A stretch of 64,000 nt of DNA from an uncultured delta proteobacterium (GTDB lineage Bacteria; Desulfobacterota; RBG-13-43-22), in the NCBI GenBank assembly GCA_963790475.1, contig CAWBOS010000012.1:736001-800000 (forward strand), in the 5' to 3' direction. The position numbers and the translations under genes were made by a program. The notes under the pieces were generated by a model. It was not told the origin of the DNA. It ran no database searches and worked only from the letters and a program-made list of their open reading frames with translations. Shown here in pieces: positions 29,590 to 40,622 of the stretch; the first letter of the stretch is position 1, and every line of letters begins with the position of its first letter.

Positions 29590-31310
29590 CTACATTCGGG
29601 CGGCCAGTTGGGTTAATACTTCATTTTCAGGAATCAAACCCTCCGGCAGCGGCACGGCTTGTCCTGACGGCCACTTTTTTGCCTTCCAGGTTATAAAGCG
29701 AACCTTCATGTTCATACCAAAGCAAGGCCGGAAATACGACATCGGCAACCTCGGTGATCGGGCTGTGATAGCTGGCATGGACCGCCAAAAATTTTGCCTC
29801 CCGGGCCTGTTTGATTTTCTCTTCCGATAACGTGGTGTCTTCCAGGAGAAGATAGACCGCTTCCATCTGGCTGGGGGCAAAGTTCGCCCGAAGACCTAAG
29901 GCCTTGGCATGGAATCCGTTGCTTTCCGGAAACAAGGGAATAAAATGGGCCTTTCTTTGCAAGGCGGCCAATTTTTCGGCTTGCTCGGGCGGTGTTTCCT
30001 CACCATACAGTACAACCGGCGAGGCACTGTCCTGGCAAAATTTGACGGCCTTGCCCATTTCATTGAGGGCAAAAGTCTTATGGGCAAACCGCCTCATCTC
30101 GTTGTTGTTGTCGGAAACCAGGACCAATCGAGCGCCTTTCATACAGGCCCGTTTGATATGATAGCCGATGACCGGATGATCGGACGAGCGGATCAGCCCC
30201 GGTGACCAAAATGGTATCGGCGGAAAGCAAATCATTCAAAGAGCCTCCCAGGGGCAGTTTAAATCTGGCCAGGGTCAGTTCCAGGACACCCACATTGGCA
30301 CCGATCTTTCCCAGGAATACGGCTACAAATTCACTCAGGGTCAGGTTAAGGGTCCGGCAAGTCGTCCAGGCCCCGACCTTTTTACTTGGACTTTTTTTGA
30401 AGGCCTGAGCAACGGTATCCAAGGCCTCCTCCCAGGAGACCGGCACCATCCGACCATCTTTTCGAAGAAGCGGGGTTTCTATACGTCTTCGCTCTTCCTT
30501 GAATGGTTGAAATCGGCCCTTGGTGCAAAGGACGCCGTTATTATGCTCTTCCCATTCCCCTTCCACCCGCAACACCCTTCCGGCCCGGGTGATAATTTCC
30601 GAACCGCAGCCCACGCTGCAGAACATGCAGACAGTTTTGGTTCTCTCCACCTGGGTTTCACGTCCGGCATAAGCGCTCTTGCGGTCGATCAAGGCCCCGG
30701 TGGGACAAATTTGCAGACAGGTACCGCAACTGATACAGGTGGACTCCCCGAAGGGAACCCCACCATCGGCACAAATCACGGTCTTGGCCCCCCGAAATTT
30801 AACCCCCAGGGTGTTATTGGCTGCCAATTCACTGCAGGCCCTTATGCAGCGACGGCAGAGTATGCAGCGGTTATGATCCATAATAAAATGTTCCCGGGTG
30901 CCGTCCACCGGTTTGGCTTGACCTGGATTCGGATAAACCCAATGATCCAGACCGTATCGATAGGCCAGGGCCTGCAGTTCGCAGTCCCCGCTCCTTTCAC
31001 AAAAGGGGCAATAGTGGTTTCCTTCCGAGAAAAGCATTTCCAGAATGAATTTACGTTCCTCAACCACCTTGGGGGATTCAGTCTCCACCCTCATGCCTTC
31101 AGTGACCGGGAAGGTGCAGGCCGGTTGAAGACCCCTTTGCCTCTCGATTTCAACCACACAAATGCGGCAGGCCCCGAGGGGGGTAACAGCCGGATGATGG
31201 CACAGGCTGGGTATATCAATCCCAGCCCCCTTAGCCGCCTCCATGACGGTCTGTCCGGCCCTGGCCCGAATGTGATGTCCGTTGATTCTTATATTCACAA
31301 CCTTATCCAT
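29590..31310 (-). CDS. NuoG/HoxU/HydA-like FeS subunit with a degenerate molybdopterin-oxidoreductase domain; frameshifts near 30185 and 29662
   Basis: [2Fe-2S] motif, HxCxxC..C, two CxxCxxCxxxC motifs and CMFCSVGC..LC. Continues through ORFs 29627..30235 and 29590..29880. No H-cluster motifs. Confidence 0.85.
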
Positions 31311-31359
31311 TAGACAAACCTCCTTCTTAGAGATCCGAAAAACCTATCAGATCTGTTCC

Positions 31360-34300
31360 TCATGCGGATTGCACTTTCATCTCCTGAGTCGGAGTCTGGA
31401 GACCCATCGACTTTAACCATTCCAAATCACATCGCAGACAACGTTTGCACTCCTCACGAGCTGAATGTTCATCGAAACCGGCTTCCACCTCATCAAAACA
31501 ATGAATACTCTTTTCCTCGGGAAGGCGTCTGACCGCCGGCCGTTTGGCCTCGGCATACTCCTCCATGGAATAAAGTTGTGGAATTTCTCGCTCGGTGGGC
31601 ACAAACCGGACTCTTTCCAAGGGTTGCCCTTTGAGATAGGCATCTACGGTTATGGCCACCTTGTTTCCTTGATCGACGGCTTCGATGACCGTAGCCGGTC
31701 CTAAGGTCACATCACCGGCGGCAAAAACGCCTTCTCGCGTAGTCATCAAATTTGCACTTACGGCTATGGTGGTATCCGGTTTCACTTCGATTTTAGTATC
31801 TTTCTGGAGACCTTCCAGATCCGAAGCCTGTCCGATGGCGGCGATGAAAAGGTCGGCATCCAGGATGAATTCAGGAACTTCAAATTCCGTGGCTTCAATC
31901 GGTATGGGACGCCGGCGGCCTCCGGCATCAAACTCGCCGAGCCGCTGCAAATGGCATTCTACGCCGGTCACCTGATCCGGACCCAGAATTCCCACCGGGT
32001 TGGTCAAGAAGTGGAATTGAATGCCTTCACGGAAGGCCTCTTCAATTTCCTCTTTCCAGGCCGGCATATCCTGCCGGGTGCGTCGGTAAAGGATATGGAC
32101 CCTTCTGGCCCCCAGACGCAGGGCGGTTCGGGCGGCATCGATGGCCACGGCACCGCCGCCGACGACGGCCACACTCTTTCCTTTGACCTCGGGGGCTTTG
32201 CCTAAGGCCACGTTTTTCAGGAACTCGACCCCCTGATAGACTCCGGGAAGGTCTTCGCCGGGGATGCCCAAACGACGTCCTTTATGGGCGCCGATGGCCA
32301 GGATAACGGCACTTATAGCCGTCCCGGTCCAGCAATCCGTCAATGGTGAAGTCTTTTCCCATTTCTTGTCCCAGTTTGATTTCCACACCGGCCCGCTTGA
32401 TGGCTTCGATTTCCAGATTCAGGATATTTCGCGGCAAACGATATTCCGGAATCCCAACCGCCATCATGCCGCCGGCCACCGGCAGCTTATCCAAGACGGT
32501 CACCGGATAGCCCCGTTGGGCCAGTCTGAGGGCAGCGGTCAAACCGGCCGGACCGGCCCCGATAACGGCCACCTTTTCCTTTTTAGGACCCTCAATCTTG
32601 GCCGGAGTCCAGGGTTTTTCCATTTCATGATCGGCCATGAGCCTCTTGGCCTGGCGGATGGCCACCGGTTCGTCAATATCCCCGCGCCGGCATTTCTGCT
32701 CGCAAAACGCAGGACAAACCCGGCCGCAGATCAAGGCGAAGGGGTTCTTCTCCCGATGGACCTCCAGACCTTCGGCGTATTGACCCTGAGCAATCAAGGT
32801 AATAAACGAGGGGACATCCACTTCGGCCGGACAGGCATTGGTACAACGGGCCCGCACCAGGCTCTTGCAGGCTCCTGCCGGACACTCCCCGTCAAGGATA
32901 TGGGATAAAAATTCGGCTTCAAAATATTTCAAGGCCGACATGACCGGACCGGGGGTCAATTGCCCCAAGGCGCACAGGGATCCCGTTTCCATCCCTTTGG
33001 CGATGGTCTTGATGGTGTCCAGATCTTCCAGTCTTCCCTGGCCTTCGGTGATGCGGGTCAGGATTTCCAGCATCCGTTTCCCGCCGACCCGGCAGGGAAT
33101 GCATTTTCCGCAGGATTCGGCCTGAGCGAATTTTAAAAAGAATTTGGAAAATTCCACCATGCAGGTGTCTTCATCCACTACAATCATACCGCCGGACCCC
33201 ATGACCGCGCCCACTTCCTGCAGGGAATCGAAATCGACTTCCACATTGAGGTGTTGCGGAGGGATGCACCCCCCCAGGGGACCTCCGGTTTGGACGGCCT
33301 TGAAGCGCTTGTCTTTGAGAATCCCCCCGCCGATATCAAAGATGATTTCACCCAGGGTGATCCCCATGGGCACCTCAACCAGACCGGTGTTATTCACCTT
33401 TCCGGTTAAGGCAAAGATGGCCGTGCCGGGACTTCGTTTGGTGCCGATGTTATTGAACCAATTGGACCCGTTGGTAATAATCTGAGGAACATTGGCGTAA
33501 CTTTTAACATTATTCAGGTTGGTCGGCTTCCCCCACAGACCGGAGGCGGCCGGAAAGGGGGGACGGGGCCGCGGCTCACCGCGGCGGCCTTCAATAGAGG
33601 CCAGCAGGGCCGTTTCCTCTCCGCAGACAAAGGCCCCTGCCCCTTCCTTGATATGCAGATGAAATGAGAAATCGGTGTTCAGAATATTATCTCCCAGCAA
33701 GCCATACTCTTCCGCCTGGGCAATAGCCACATTGAGTCGTTTAATGGCTAACGGGTATTCGGCCCGACAATAGATGTATCCTTCGCTGGCCCCAATGGCA
33801 TACCCGCAGATGGTCATGCCTTCGATCAAACTGTGGGGGTCGCCTTCCAGCAGGGATCGGTCCATAAAGGCCCCGGGGTCCCCTTCATCGGCATTGCAGA
33901 CCACGTACTTGATATCTCCCGGGGCCCTATAGGTAAATTCCCATTTGGTACCGGTGGAAAACCCGGCCCCTCCACGTCCTCTCAATCCGGAACGTTTTAC
34001 CTCTTGGATCACTTCCTCCTGGGTCATATCAAATAAGGCCTTGGACAGACCTTCATATCCGCCTTGAACAATGTATTCGTCAATCTTCTCCGGATCGATG
34101 ATTCCGCAGTTCCGCAGGGTAATCCGGACTTGTTTGCTGTAAAAGGGAATATCCTGATACCGGGGAAGTTCCTTGTAGGTATCAGGGGTTTTATAGGTTA
34201 AACGGCCGACTACCCTTCCTTTGACCAGGGTTTCTTCGACAATCGTCTGGACGTCCCTGGGCTGTACCTGACAATAAAAAATCCCTTCAGGGTAGATGAC

Positions 34301-34480
34301 CATGATCGGTCCCATAGCACAAAAGCCGCGACATCCGGTCGGTACAACACGGACCTCCTTCTCCAATCCACGGCGGGCAATCTCTTTGCCTAATCCGGAG
34401 ATGACCTCTTGGGAATCCGAGGCCGTGCACCCCGTCCCGCCGCACACGAGAACGTTGGCCCGATAAAAAGGTTCAGCCAT
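31360..34480 (-). CDS. NuoF/HydB-like FMN-NADH subunit fused to a GltD/NfnB-like FAD-NAD(P)H domain; frameshift near 32312
   Basis: CGGTGC, SGLRGRGGAGF, NADEGDPGAFMDR, ESCGKCIPCR, then CTNACP..CGRVCPAFCEQKCRR, GAGPAG, GGGAVAIDAAR..YRR, FAAGD and CLRC. Confidence 0.88.
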
Positions 34481-34532
34481 GTCTGCCTCCTACAATATGC
34501 TTAATGTTATTGGTTTCAAATTCCAAATCCGA

Positions 34533-34913
34533 TCAGGTTTTTTGGGCTTCCATTCGACTGACCGCCCATTCCGAAATCACCTGACCTCGAACCAGATGTT
34601 CCTCAATTAAACGGGGCACCTTTTCCTGAGTGATATTCCCGTATCGAACCCTGGATTTTCCCGCTTGTTCTATATCCACCAGGGGTTCTTTGGCACACAT
34701 CCCCACACAACCCACCGTTTCCACATGGGCTTCAATCTTTCGTGTATCCAGTTCCTTTAAAACGGCCTGCATAACCTCCCTGGCTCCGGCAGCAATGCCA
34801 CAGGTCCCCATGCCGATAATAATCCGGGTCCCGGTCTTAACACGGGATAAAAGATCTTTCCTGGCCTCTTCACGGATCTTTTTTAATTCTTCGATGCTTT
34901 TTAATTTTGTCAT
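34533..34913 (-). CDS. Thioredoxin-like [2Fe-2S] ferredoxin subunit (HndB/HydD-like)
   Basis: GMGTCGIAAGA and GCVGMCAKEP motifs. Confidence 0.85.
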   Translation of the reverse strand: MTKLKSIEELKKIREEARKDLLSRVKTGTRIIIGMGTCGIAAGAREVMQAVLKELDTRKIEAHVETVGCVGMCAKEPLVDIEQAGKSRVRYGNITQEKVPRLIEEHLVRGQVISEWAVSRMEAQKT

Positions 34914-34953
34914 TGATTCCCTCCTGTTTCCTCTGCCGATCGCTTATTCCTTT

Positions 34954-35523
34954 TTAGGCCGTCGCCCTCATCGCTGCGGCCTTAGAAAACAAATCGTTTT
35001 CACCTTTATTCAAAAAATCAAGCAGCCAATTCCGCACTTTGGGGTGAGTGATGGGTATGTCTACTAATTCCTTCCGAATATCAGAGGATTCCAGTCGGAA
35101 TTCCTCCTGGTCGACCTTATGGATATAGAGCCAATCTATTTTATTTTCCGCAAAAAGCACGGTCATAAGGACCGATGGTATATTCCCCAAGGGAGCTCGA
35201 TCGATATGGCTATGACGAAAGGTGGCTTGAATCGTTGTCCCGGTCCCCGGATGGGAATGGATTTCCAGATTCCCGTCACATTGGCGGCAGGCCTCCAGCA
35301 ACAAGGGAAGCCCCAGGCCTATATGCCGGGTTGTACGGGTGGTATAAAAAGGATCCAGAACCCTGGCAATCTGCTCTTCGGACATGCCCCGCCCATTATC
35401 ACTGATTTCCATGACCAATAAGTCCGCTCTTAAATCCTCATGGATTTTTATTTCAATCTTGGACGCACCGGCTTCAATTGAATTTTGAACCATGTCGAGC
35501 AGATGTAGAGAGAGTTCTATCAA
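34954..35523 (-). CDS. Stand-alone HATPase_c (histidine kinase-like) protein
   Basis: ELSLHLLDMVQNSIEAGA, DNGRGM, DPFYTTR..GLGL and HIDRAPLG motifs. Confidence 0.85.
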   Translation of the reverse strand: MIELSLHLLDMVQNSIEAGASKIEIKIHEDLRADLLVMEISDNGRGMSEEQIARVLDPFYTTRTTRHIGLGLPLLLEACRQCDGNLEIHSHPGTGTTIQATFRHSHIDRAPLGNIPSVLMTVLFAENKIDWLYIHKVDQEEFRLESSDIRKELVDIPITHPKVRNWLLDFLNKGENDLFSKAAAMRATA

Positions 35524-35528
35524 GGTCT

Positions 35529-35996
35529 TTAGGTCTCCTTTAAGATCTGGGCCATTTTTTCAGGGACTAAACGGCCCACCACCTTGTTGTCCACCACCGC
35601 CACCGGGGCCAGCCCGCAAGCCCCCAGACAGTAGACGACTTCAAAGGTATACTTATAGTCCGGGGAAGTTTCTCCAGCCTGAATCCCCAATTGATTTTGA
35701 ATCGTATCGGTGATCTTTCCCGCCCCGCGCACATGGCAGGCGGTCCCGTCGCATTGCCGGATAATGTGTTTACCCCGTCGCGTCAGATAAAATTGGGAGT
35801 AAAAAGTAGCTACCCCATAGATCTGACTTAAGGGGATACCCGTTTTCTCAGATATCCAGTTGAGTGCCTCAGGCGGAAGATAACCGTAAATATCCTGGGC
35901 TTTCTGTAAAATCGGGATTAAAGTCCCGGTCTGCCCGTTATACTCCTCGATTATTTTATTGAGAGGTTCTAATTCGATGGTTTCCGATTGGGTCAT
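35529..35996 (-). CDS. NuoE/HydC/HoxE-like [2Fe-2S] subunit
   Basis: YGVATFYSQF, CDGTACHV and CLGACGLAP motifs. Confidence 0.92.
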   Translation of the reverse strand: MTQSETIELEPLNKIIEEYNGQTGTLIPILQKAQDIYGYLPPEALNWISEKTGIPLSQIYGVATFYSQFYLTRRGKHIIRQCDGTACHVRGAGKITDTIQNQLGIQAGETSPDYKYTFEVVYCLGACGLAPVAVVDNKVVGRLVPEKMAQILKET

Positions 35997-36011
35997 TTTT
36001 CCCTCCTATTA

Positions 36012-36824
36012 TTAATAATCCCGGCCAATCATTTCTTTTGGCCACTCCACCACAACCTGCCGTCCTTCCTGACCTTGGAAAGCCAGGATCATTTCTTTGA
36101 TCTCCGGATGGGCCATCCTGAAAAGCGTTCGATCTTGGATCTCGTTCAGCCGATGGGCATCTCCGTTGACGATAAGACACCATTCCTTTAATTGAGGCCA
36201 CTCCAGGAAGCCCTTTCGCGGATCAAAATAAGGGGTAACCTCCAGAGCGCTGACCTCCAGGGTCGCCGGGATCAGACCAAGATTGGATAATAAACTGTAG
36301 GATGGACGGTCTACATGGGCCGGGATGGCCATCCCCCCCAGTGAGGCAACCTGCCCGACAATTTCTTCCAAGGTCATATCCGCTGATTGGGCCAGCAAGC
36401 GCTCTTCAGTCCAAAGCCATTCTCCGGCGGCATTGACCACATACTGCGGCCCGAACAAGTCCTCTTTGTTGGCCATAGGGGGCATTTTTTCAAAAATCTT
36501 TTCTTGCCAGGCCTTACAGGGCTCAACGGAATCAAACAGACAAAGGAGGTGGACTTCCTCCTTAGACTGCAGTTCCATTCCCGGCAAAACATGTATATTG
36601 GTGCCCACAGCCGCCTCCATGACCGCTTCCGCATTATGACAGGCATTATGATCGGTAATGGCTATCAGATTTAAACCTTTTCTTTCTGCCTGCCACAAGA
36701 TCAAGGAAGGTATCATCTCTATTTCCGCGCATCCCGACAGTACGGTATGAATATGTAAATCCGCCTTAAAAAGTTTCAACCGATCCGGATTAAACGGGGT
36801 GCTTTTCTGTTCCTTATTCACCAT
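36012..36824 (-). CDS. PHP-domain phosphoesterase
   Basis: DLHIHT, ITDHN, PAHVDR and DAH motifs. Confidence 0.88.
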   Translation of the reverse strand: MVNKEQKSTPFNPDRLKLFKADLHIHTVLSGCAEIEMIPSLILWQAERKGLNLIAITDHNACHNAEAVMEAAVGTNIHVLPGMELQSKEEVHLLCLFDSVEPCKAWQEKIFEKMPPMANKEDLFGPQYVVNAAGEWLWTEERLLAQSADMTLEEIVGQVASLGGMAIPAHVDRPSYSLLSNLGLIPATLEVSALEVTPYFDPRKGFLEWPQLKEWCLIVNGDAHRLNEIQDRTLFRMAHPEIKEMILAFQGQEGRQVVVEWPKEMIGRDY

Positions 36825-37158
36825 TGATCCCCAGAAGGTTAAGTTGCCCGACAATGGAAAAGGTATTATTAGGAGTAAGCAGCAATATCACCTTTTCTTT
36901 TTCCGCCTGGGCGATGGTCTCTGGGGCTGGCCGGTTTCCTTCAGTTATGATGACACCGGCCAGATTTAACAGACTGGCTACCGCTACCACATTGACATGA
37001 GACTGAAGGGTAACCCAGAGGAAATCCTTTTTCGCTCCCCGCATGGCACAACTGAGGAGGTCCGAAGCATATCCACCCGCCACCGGACGATTCACCGATT
37101 CGATGGAAGTAACCGCCTCCAATTTTAATTGTTCAATGACCGATGGTAGACCAATCAT
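36814..37158 (-). CDS. DRTGG-domain protein
   Basis: GGYASDLLS, WVTLQSHVNVVAVA and IITEG motifs. Start placed at ATG 37158. Confidence 0.8.
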   Translation of the reverse strand: MIGLPSVIEQLKLEAVTSIESVNRPVAGGYASDLLSCAMRGAKKDFLWVTLQSHVNVVAVASLLNLAGVIITEGNRPAPETIAQAEKEKVILLLTPNNTFSIVGQLNLLGINGE

Positions 37159-37211
37159 AGTAGTTTCGGATGAACCCCTCCTTTTATTGACCTTTTCAAA
37201 ACTGTTAAAGT

Positions 37212-37227
37212 AGCAAGGTCTGTGCCA
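37212..37227 (-). promoter_or_regulatory. Sigma-54 promoter
   Basis: Minus strand TGGCAC-AGACC-TTGCT is a consensus -24/-12 site about 55 bp upstream of the DRTGG gene. Confidence 0.8.
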
Positions 37228-37360
37228 GAAAAAAGAGGGGAGACCATGAAACCTTCCCAAGGCAAATGGACCCTTACCGGCTGTAATTATTAAACTAAAC
37301 AAATGGGAAAGGAATTGGGGAAAGGCGACTCGCTTTATTTTTTAAGCCTGAGGTCGATTA

Positions 37361-37381
37361 TTTTTTACAGGTTGTAAAAAA
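37361..37381. promoter_or_regulatory. Palindrome, candidate activator site
   Basis: TTTTTTACA-GGT-TGTAAAAAA, about 140 bp upstream of the sigma-54 promoter. Confidence 0.35.
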
Positions 37382-37590
37382 AACTGGCAGCTATTTTAAG
37401 AAAAACAATTTCAAACCGTTTCCGAATTCCCGCTCTTAAAAATTGGAGGGTATTGGATTTCAGTTACTGAATTCGAAGTAGGAATAACCAATTTTTGCCC
37501 TGAATTCCGAACTGAGTACTTCGGTGGGTAAACCTCTTTGAGAAGAAGATTGTGCAATCAAAAAAATGCTTTTTTTGAGTTGGCAGCCCA

Positions 37591-38490
37591 TCAAAGGGAA
37601 ATCCCGATATCCAATTGGGTTCCTATGCCAAGATTCGATTCAATGGTGAATGAATCGGCACACTTCTTTATATTGGCCAAGCCCATTCCCGCCCCGAAAC
37701 CCAACTCCTGGATCCAGGCAGGGGCCGTTGAATATCCGGGAGACATGGCCTGTTCCACATCGGGGATACCAGGACCGCGATCGGTTACCGTCATCCGAAT
37801 CAATTCAGGTTCAATTTCAACATTCAAATCTCCACCGGCATCGGTATGAATTATGAGATTCATTTCGGCCTCATAGGCACAAATGGCCACTCGGCGCAGT
37901 ATTTGGGGTGGGATCCCCAGTTGCTCCATGGACTTTTTAATCTTGCTGGAGGCACTTCCCCCGCTCTTAAAATCCTTCTCCTTGATGTGGTATCTTAGAA
38001 TCAGACTGGTCTGGTCGGAAACAATATCTTCTCTAAAAATAATTTGGGGGCTTCGTTTGAGTTCTTTATCATTCTCGTTTAAGCTGATGGCTTCCAACAA
38101 TCCCCTGGTGATATCACTGCCGGTTAATATTCCTGTTAAGGCTCCTCGTTCATTAACAACTAAGAGTCGACCGACATGAAATTGGGAAAATTTTCTGACA
38201 GCCTCGATAATGGAGGCCTTTTCCATGACGGTAATCAACTGCTTGGTCATTCTCTGACTAACGGGTACGTCGAGCTCCCCGGCCTCCAAGGCCTTGATCA
38301 GATCCTCGATAGAAACAATCCCGATCAGGTGACCGTTATCCAGCACCGGGGTGCCGGATATCCGATTGATCCTTAATATTTCCTTTAATTGCCTGATGGT
38401 CGTTTCCGGTGTGACAGTGATGATGTTCTTCCTCATCACATGTTCAATCGGCAAATTATAAATGAGTTCTTGTTTTTTGGTAAATTCCAA
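37591..38490 (-). CDS. CBS-pair fused to RsbT/RsbW-like Ser/Thr kinase
   Basis: Two CBS repeats, then YEAEMN, DRGPGIPD..AMSPGYSTA and GFGAGMGL. Confidence 0.88.
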   Translation of the reverse strand: MEFTKKQELIYNLPIEHVMRKNIITVTPETTIRQLKEILRINRISGTPVLDNGHLIGIVSIEDLIKALEAGELDVPVSQRMTKQLITVMEKASIIEAVRKFSQFHVGRLLVVNERGALTGILTGSDITRGLLEAISLNENDKELKRSPQIIFREDIVSDQTSLILRYHIKEKDFKSGGSASSKIKKSMEQLGIPPQILRRVAICAYEAEMNLIIHTDAGGDLNVEIEPELIRMTVTDRGPGIPDVEQAMSPGYSTAPAWIQELGFGAGMGLANIKKCADSFTIESNLGIGTQLDIGISL

Positions 38491-38717
38491 TGGGAAATAT
38501 CCTTACTTTGATTATAAAAAAGAAGGGCCACAAAAAATGAAAAAGATTCAAAGGGGGCATCGACCGGGTTAGTCCTGTGTAATGAGTTATGAGTTCGGAG
38601 CTTAATCTATTACTCCGAACTCCGTACTCCGAACTTTATACCCGAGTTACAACACCTTCTGATCCGTCTCCATGCATCAGGGAGTCCCTCTGAAAATGAA
38701 CATTTTTATAGAAAAAA

Positions 38718-39074
38718 TCAACGTCGCGTTAAAGGAACGGAGGCCATGCCTGCTTGATAAAGGCGTCCGCAAGATTCGAACATTCCGAAATTCGTCCTGA
38801 CGAGAGGAATGCCCAGCTCTTCGGCCAACTGGATGGTTTCCGGGTCGGGGACCTTCCCCCGTACAAAAAGAACAGCGGTGACATAGGCCATTTCCGCTGT
38901 CCTGATGGCTTGAATGTTTTTTAAACCGGTAAGGAGCATGGAGCCGGGAGGCAGGTAGGCCAGGGCGTCACTCATTAAATCCATGGCCCCGCAATATTTA
39001 ACCTCCATGTCCATATCGCTTCCCCGGGTCAGAATGGTTCCTTGTACGATTTCAACAACTTCTTTTAGTTTCAC
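38718..39074 (-). CDS. DRTGG-domain protein
   Basis: DLMSD, LLTGL, IRTAEM, FVRGK and CGRLY motifs. Confidence 0.8.
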   Translation of the reverse strand: MKLKEVVEIVQGTILTRGSDMDMEVKYCGAMDLMSDALAYLPPGSMLLTGLKNIQAIRTAEMAYVTAVLFVRGKVPDPETIQLAEELGIPLVRTNFGMFESCGRLYQAGMASVPLTRR

Positions 39075-39148
39075 AGCCTTGAATCCTCGGATAATTTATT
39101 TTTTTATGGTGCTTATTTTATCTCATAACCCTTAAAAAGAAAATTTAA

Positions 39149-39643
39149 TTATTTTCCCTGGCCGATCTCCTTGATCAGCCAATCACAAGCTCGGGGAATG
39201 GCCTCTTTCACCTCAGGACAAAGACCGGGGCGTACGGTATCCGGAACTTCCTTGGCCTGAACCACAAGTATCCGAATATCCACACCGGTTAAGCCCTCCA
39301 GTTCATGCAATTGAATAATCGAAGGGAACTGATGAGAGGGCCTTCCGTTCATTTTTCCATCGGGCAATTGGTCAAGATTGATTTCGAAGAGTTCCCCCGC
39401 TTTTCGATCAGGTTGAGAAATGGCATCCAAGACATAGATACATTTCGGCTTGACAGGGGCCAGGATGAGATCAAAAAGAAAATCTTTGATACCCGTTCCC
39501 ATATCCACGGCCAGAACATTCTCCGGCAATGAGACATTCTTTTCCAGGTAATCAATGACAGCCGGACCAAACCCATCGTCACCGAAAAGGATATTACCAC
39601 ACCCTAAGATTAAAATCGGATTCCTAAGGATATCCTGAATCAT
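39149..39643 (-). CDS. Hydrogenase maturation protease (FrhD/HoxW-like)
   Basis: LGCGNILFGDDGFG, DMGTG and SHQFP motifs. Confidence 0.88.
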   Translation of the reverse strand: MIQDILRNPILILGCGNILFGDDGFGPAVIDYLEKNVSLPENVLAVDMGTGIKDFLFDLILAPVKPKCIYVLDAISQPDRKAGELFEINLDQLPDGKMNGRPSHQFPSIIQLHELEGLTGVDIRILVVQAKEVPDTVRPGLCPEVKEAIPRACDWLIKEIGQGK

Positions 39644-39702
39644 TTCTGTCTCCTGTAATATGTTTTACCGAATAGCGGCTTAAATTGTTAATGAAAAATT
39701 AA

Positions 39703-39718
39703 TGCAAAAAAAATGCCT
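39703..39718 (-). promoter_or_regulatory. Sigma-54 promoter candidate
   Basis: Minus strand AGGCAT-TTTTT-TTGCA (GG-N10-GC), 60 bp upstream of the protease gene. Confidence 0.55.
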
Positions 39719-39894
39719 GAATAAAATAGGGAAAAAGGTCCTATTAAAAATGCTGACTTTAACTTCTGAAGATGATATATAACTATAATCTAAGGTTCCG
39801 GAGGAAAACAATGGATAAAAAATTTTCGCCGCAATCCTTTGACCCTTTTGTTCGGCAAATTAAGGGCAATCTGAGCATCTTAGGGGGGACTGCA

Positions 39895-40479
39895 ATGAAG
39901 AAACTTTTTATTTTTGGTTCGATCTTAATTTTGGCGCTGACCATGACCGGATGCGGCTATAACACCATCCAAACCAACGAAGAAGCAGTCAAAGCCGCTT
40001 GGGGAGACGTGGAGGCGGCTTATCAAAGGAGAAACGATCTGATCCCCAATTTAGTCGAAGTGGTCAAGGGCTATGCCAAGCACGAGAAGGAGACCCTCAC
40101 CGCAGTTACCGAGGCACGGGCTAAAGTGGGTTCAATCCAAATCAACAAGAATATGTTGGAAGATCCTAATGCCTTCGGCCAATTCCAGGCTGCCCAAGGG
40201 GCCATGAGCAGTGCCCTGTCCAGGTTGATGGTGGTGGTGGAACGATATCCCGATCTCAAAGCCAACCAGAATTTCCAAGACCTTCAACATCAACTGGAAG
40301 GCACGGAAAACAGGATTAATGTGGCCCGGGTAAGATACAACAAGGCCGTTGAAATCTTTAACGGTTCGATCAGGACCTTTCCCAACAGCCTAACCAATAA
40401 ATTTTTATTGGGGTTAAAGCTTAAGGAACCTTTTAAAGCCGAAGCCGGGGCGGAAAAGGCTCCGCAGGTTAAATTTTAA
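39895..40479 (+). CDS. lemA: LemA family protein
   Basis: [29 protein letters not shown] and LEGTENRI motifs. Start placed at ATG 39895. Confidence 0.95.
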   Translation: MKKLFIFGSILILALTMTGCGYNTIQTNEEAVKAAWGDVEAAYQRRNDLIPNLVEVVKGYAKHEKETLTAVTEARAKVGSIQINKNMLEDPNAFGQFQAAQGAMSSALSRLMVVVERYPDLKANQNFQDLQHQLEGTENRINVARVRYNKAVEIFNGSIRTFPNSLTNKFLLGLKLKEPFKAEAGAEKAPQVKF

Positions 40480-40512
40480 AACCTCCCGAAAGGATTCGAG
40501 GGATCGGGTCAT

Positions 40513-40569
40513 GTAGGACAGGCGCCCTCGCCTGTCATTAAAAATCACAGCCGGGGGCGGCTGTGCTAC
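40513..40569. repeat. Inverted pair of GTAG-type REP palindromes (REPIN-like)
   Basis: GTAGGACAGGCGCCCTCGCCTGTC...CACAGCCGGGGGCGGCTGTGCTAC. Confidence 0.6.
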
Positions 40570-40622
40570 CTACCAGGAATTCGCGTATCCTTATTTTCGT
40601 TTTGAAATAGAATGGTTAAAGA

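Noticed and set aside
30507-31313. Long antisense ORFs (e.g. 30507..31313, 19665..20420, 43542..44234, 62621..63400)
   Set aside because: They fully overlap well-supported genes on the opposite strand and show no independent motifs.
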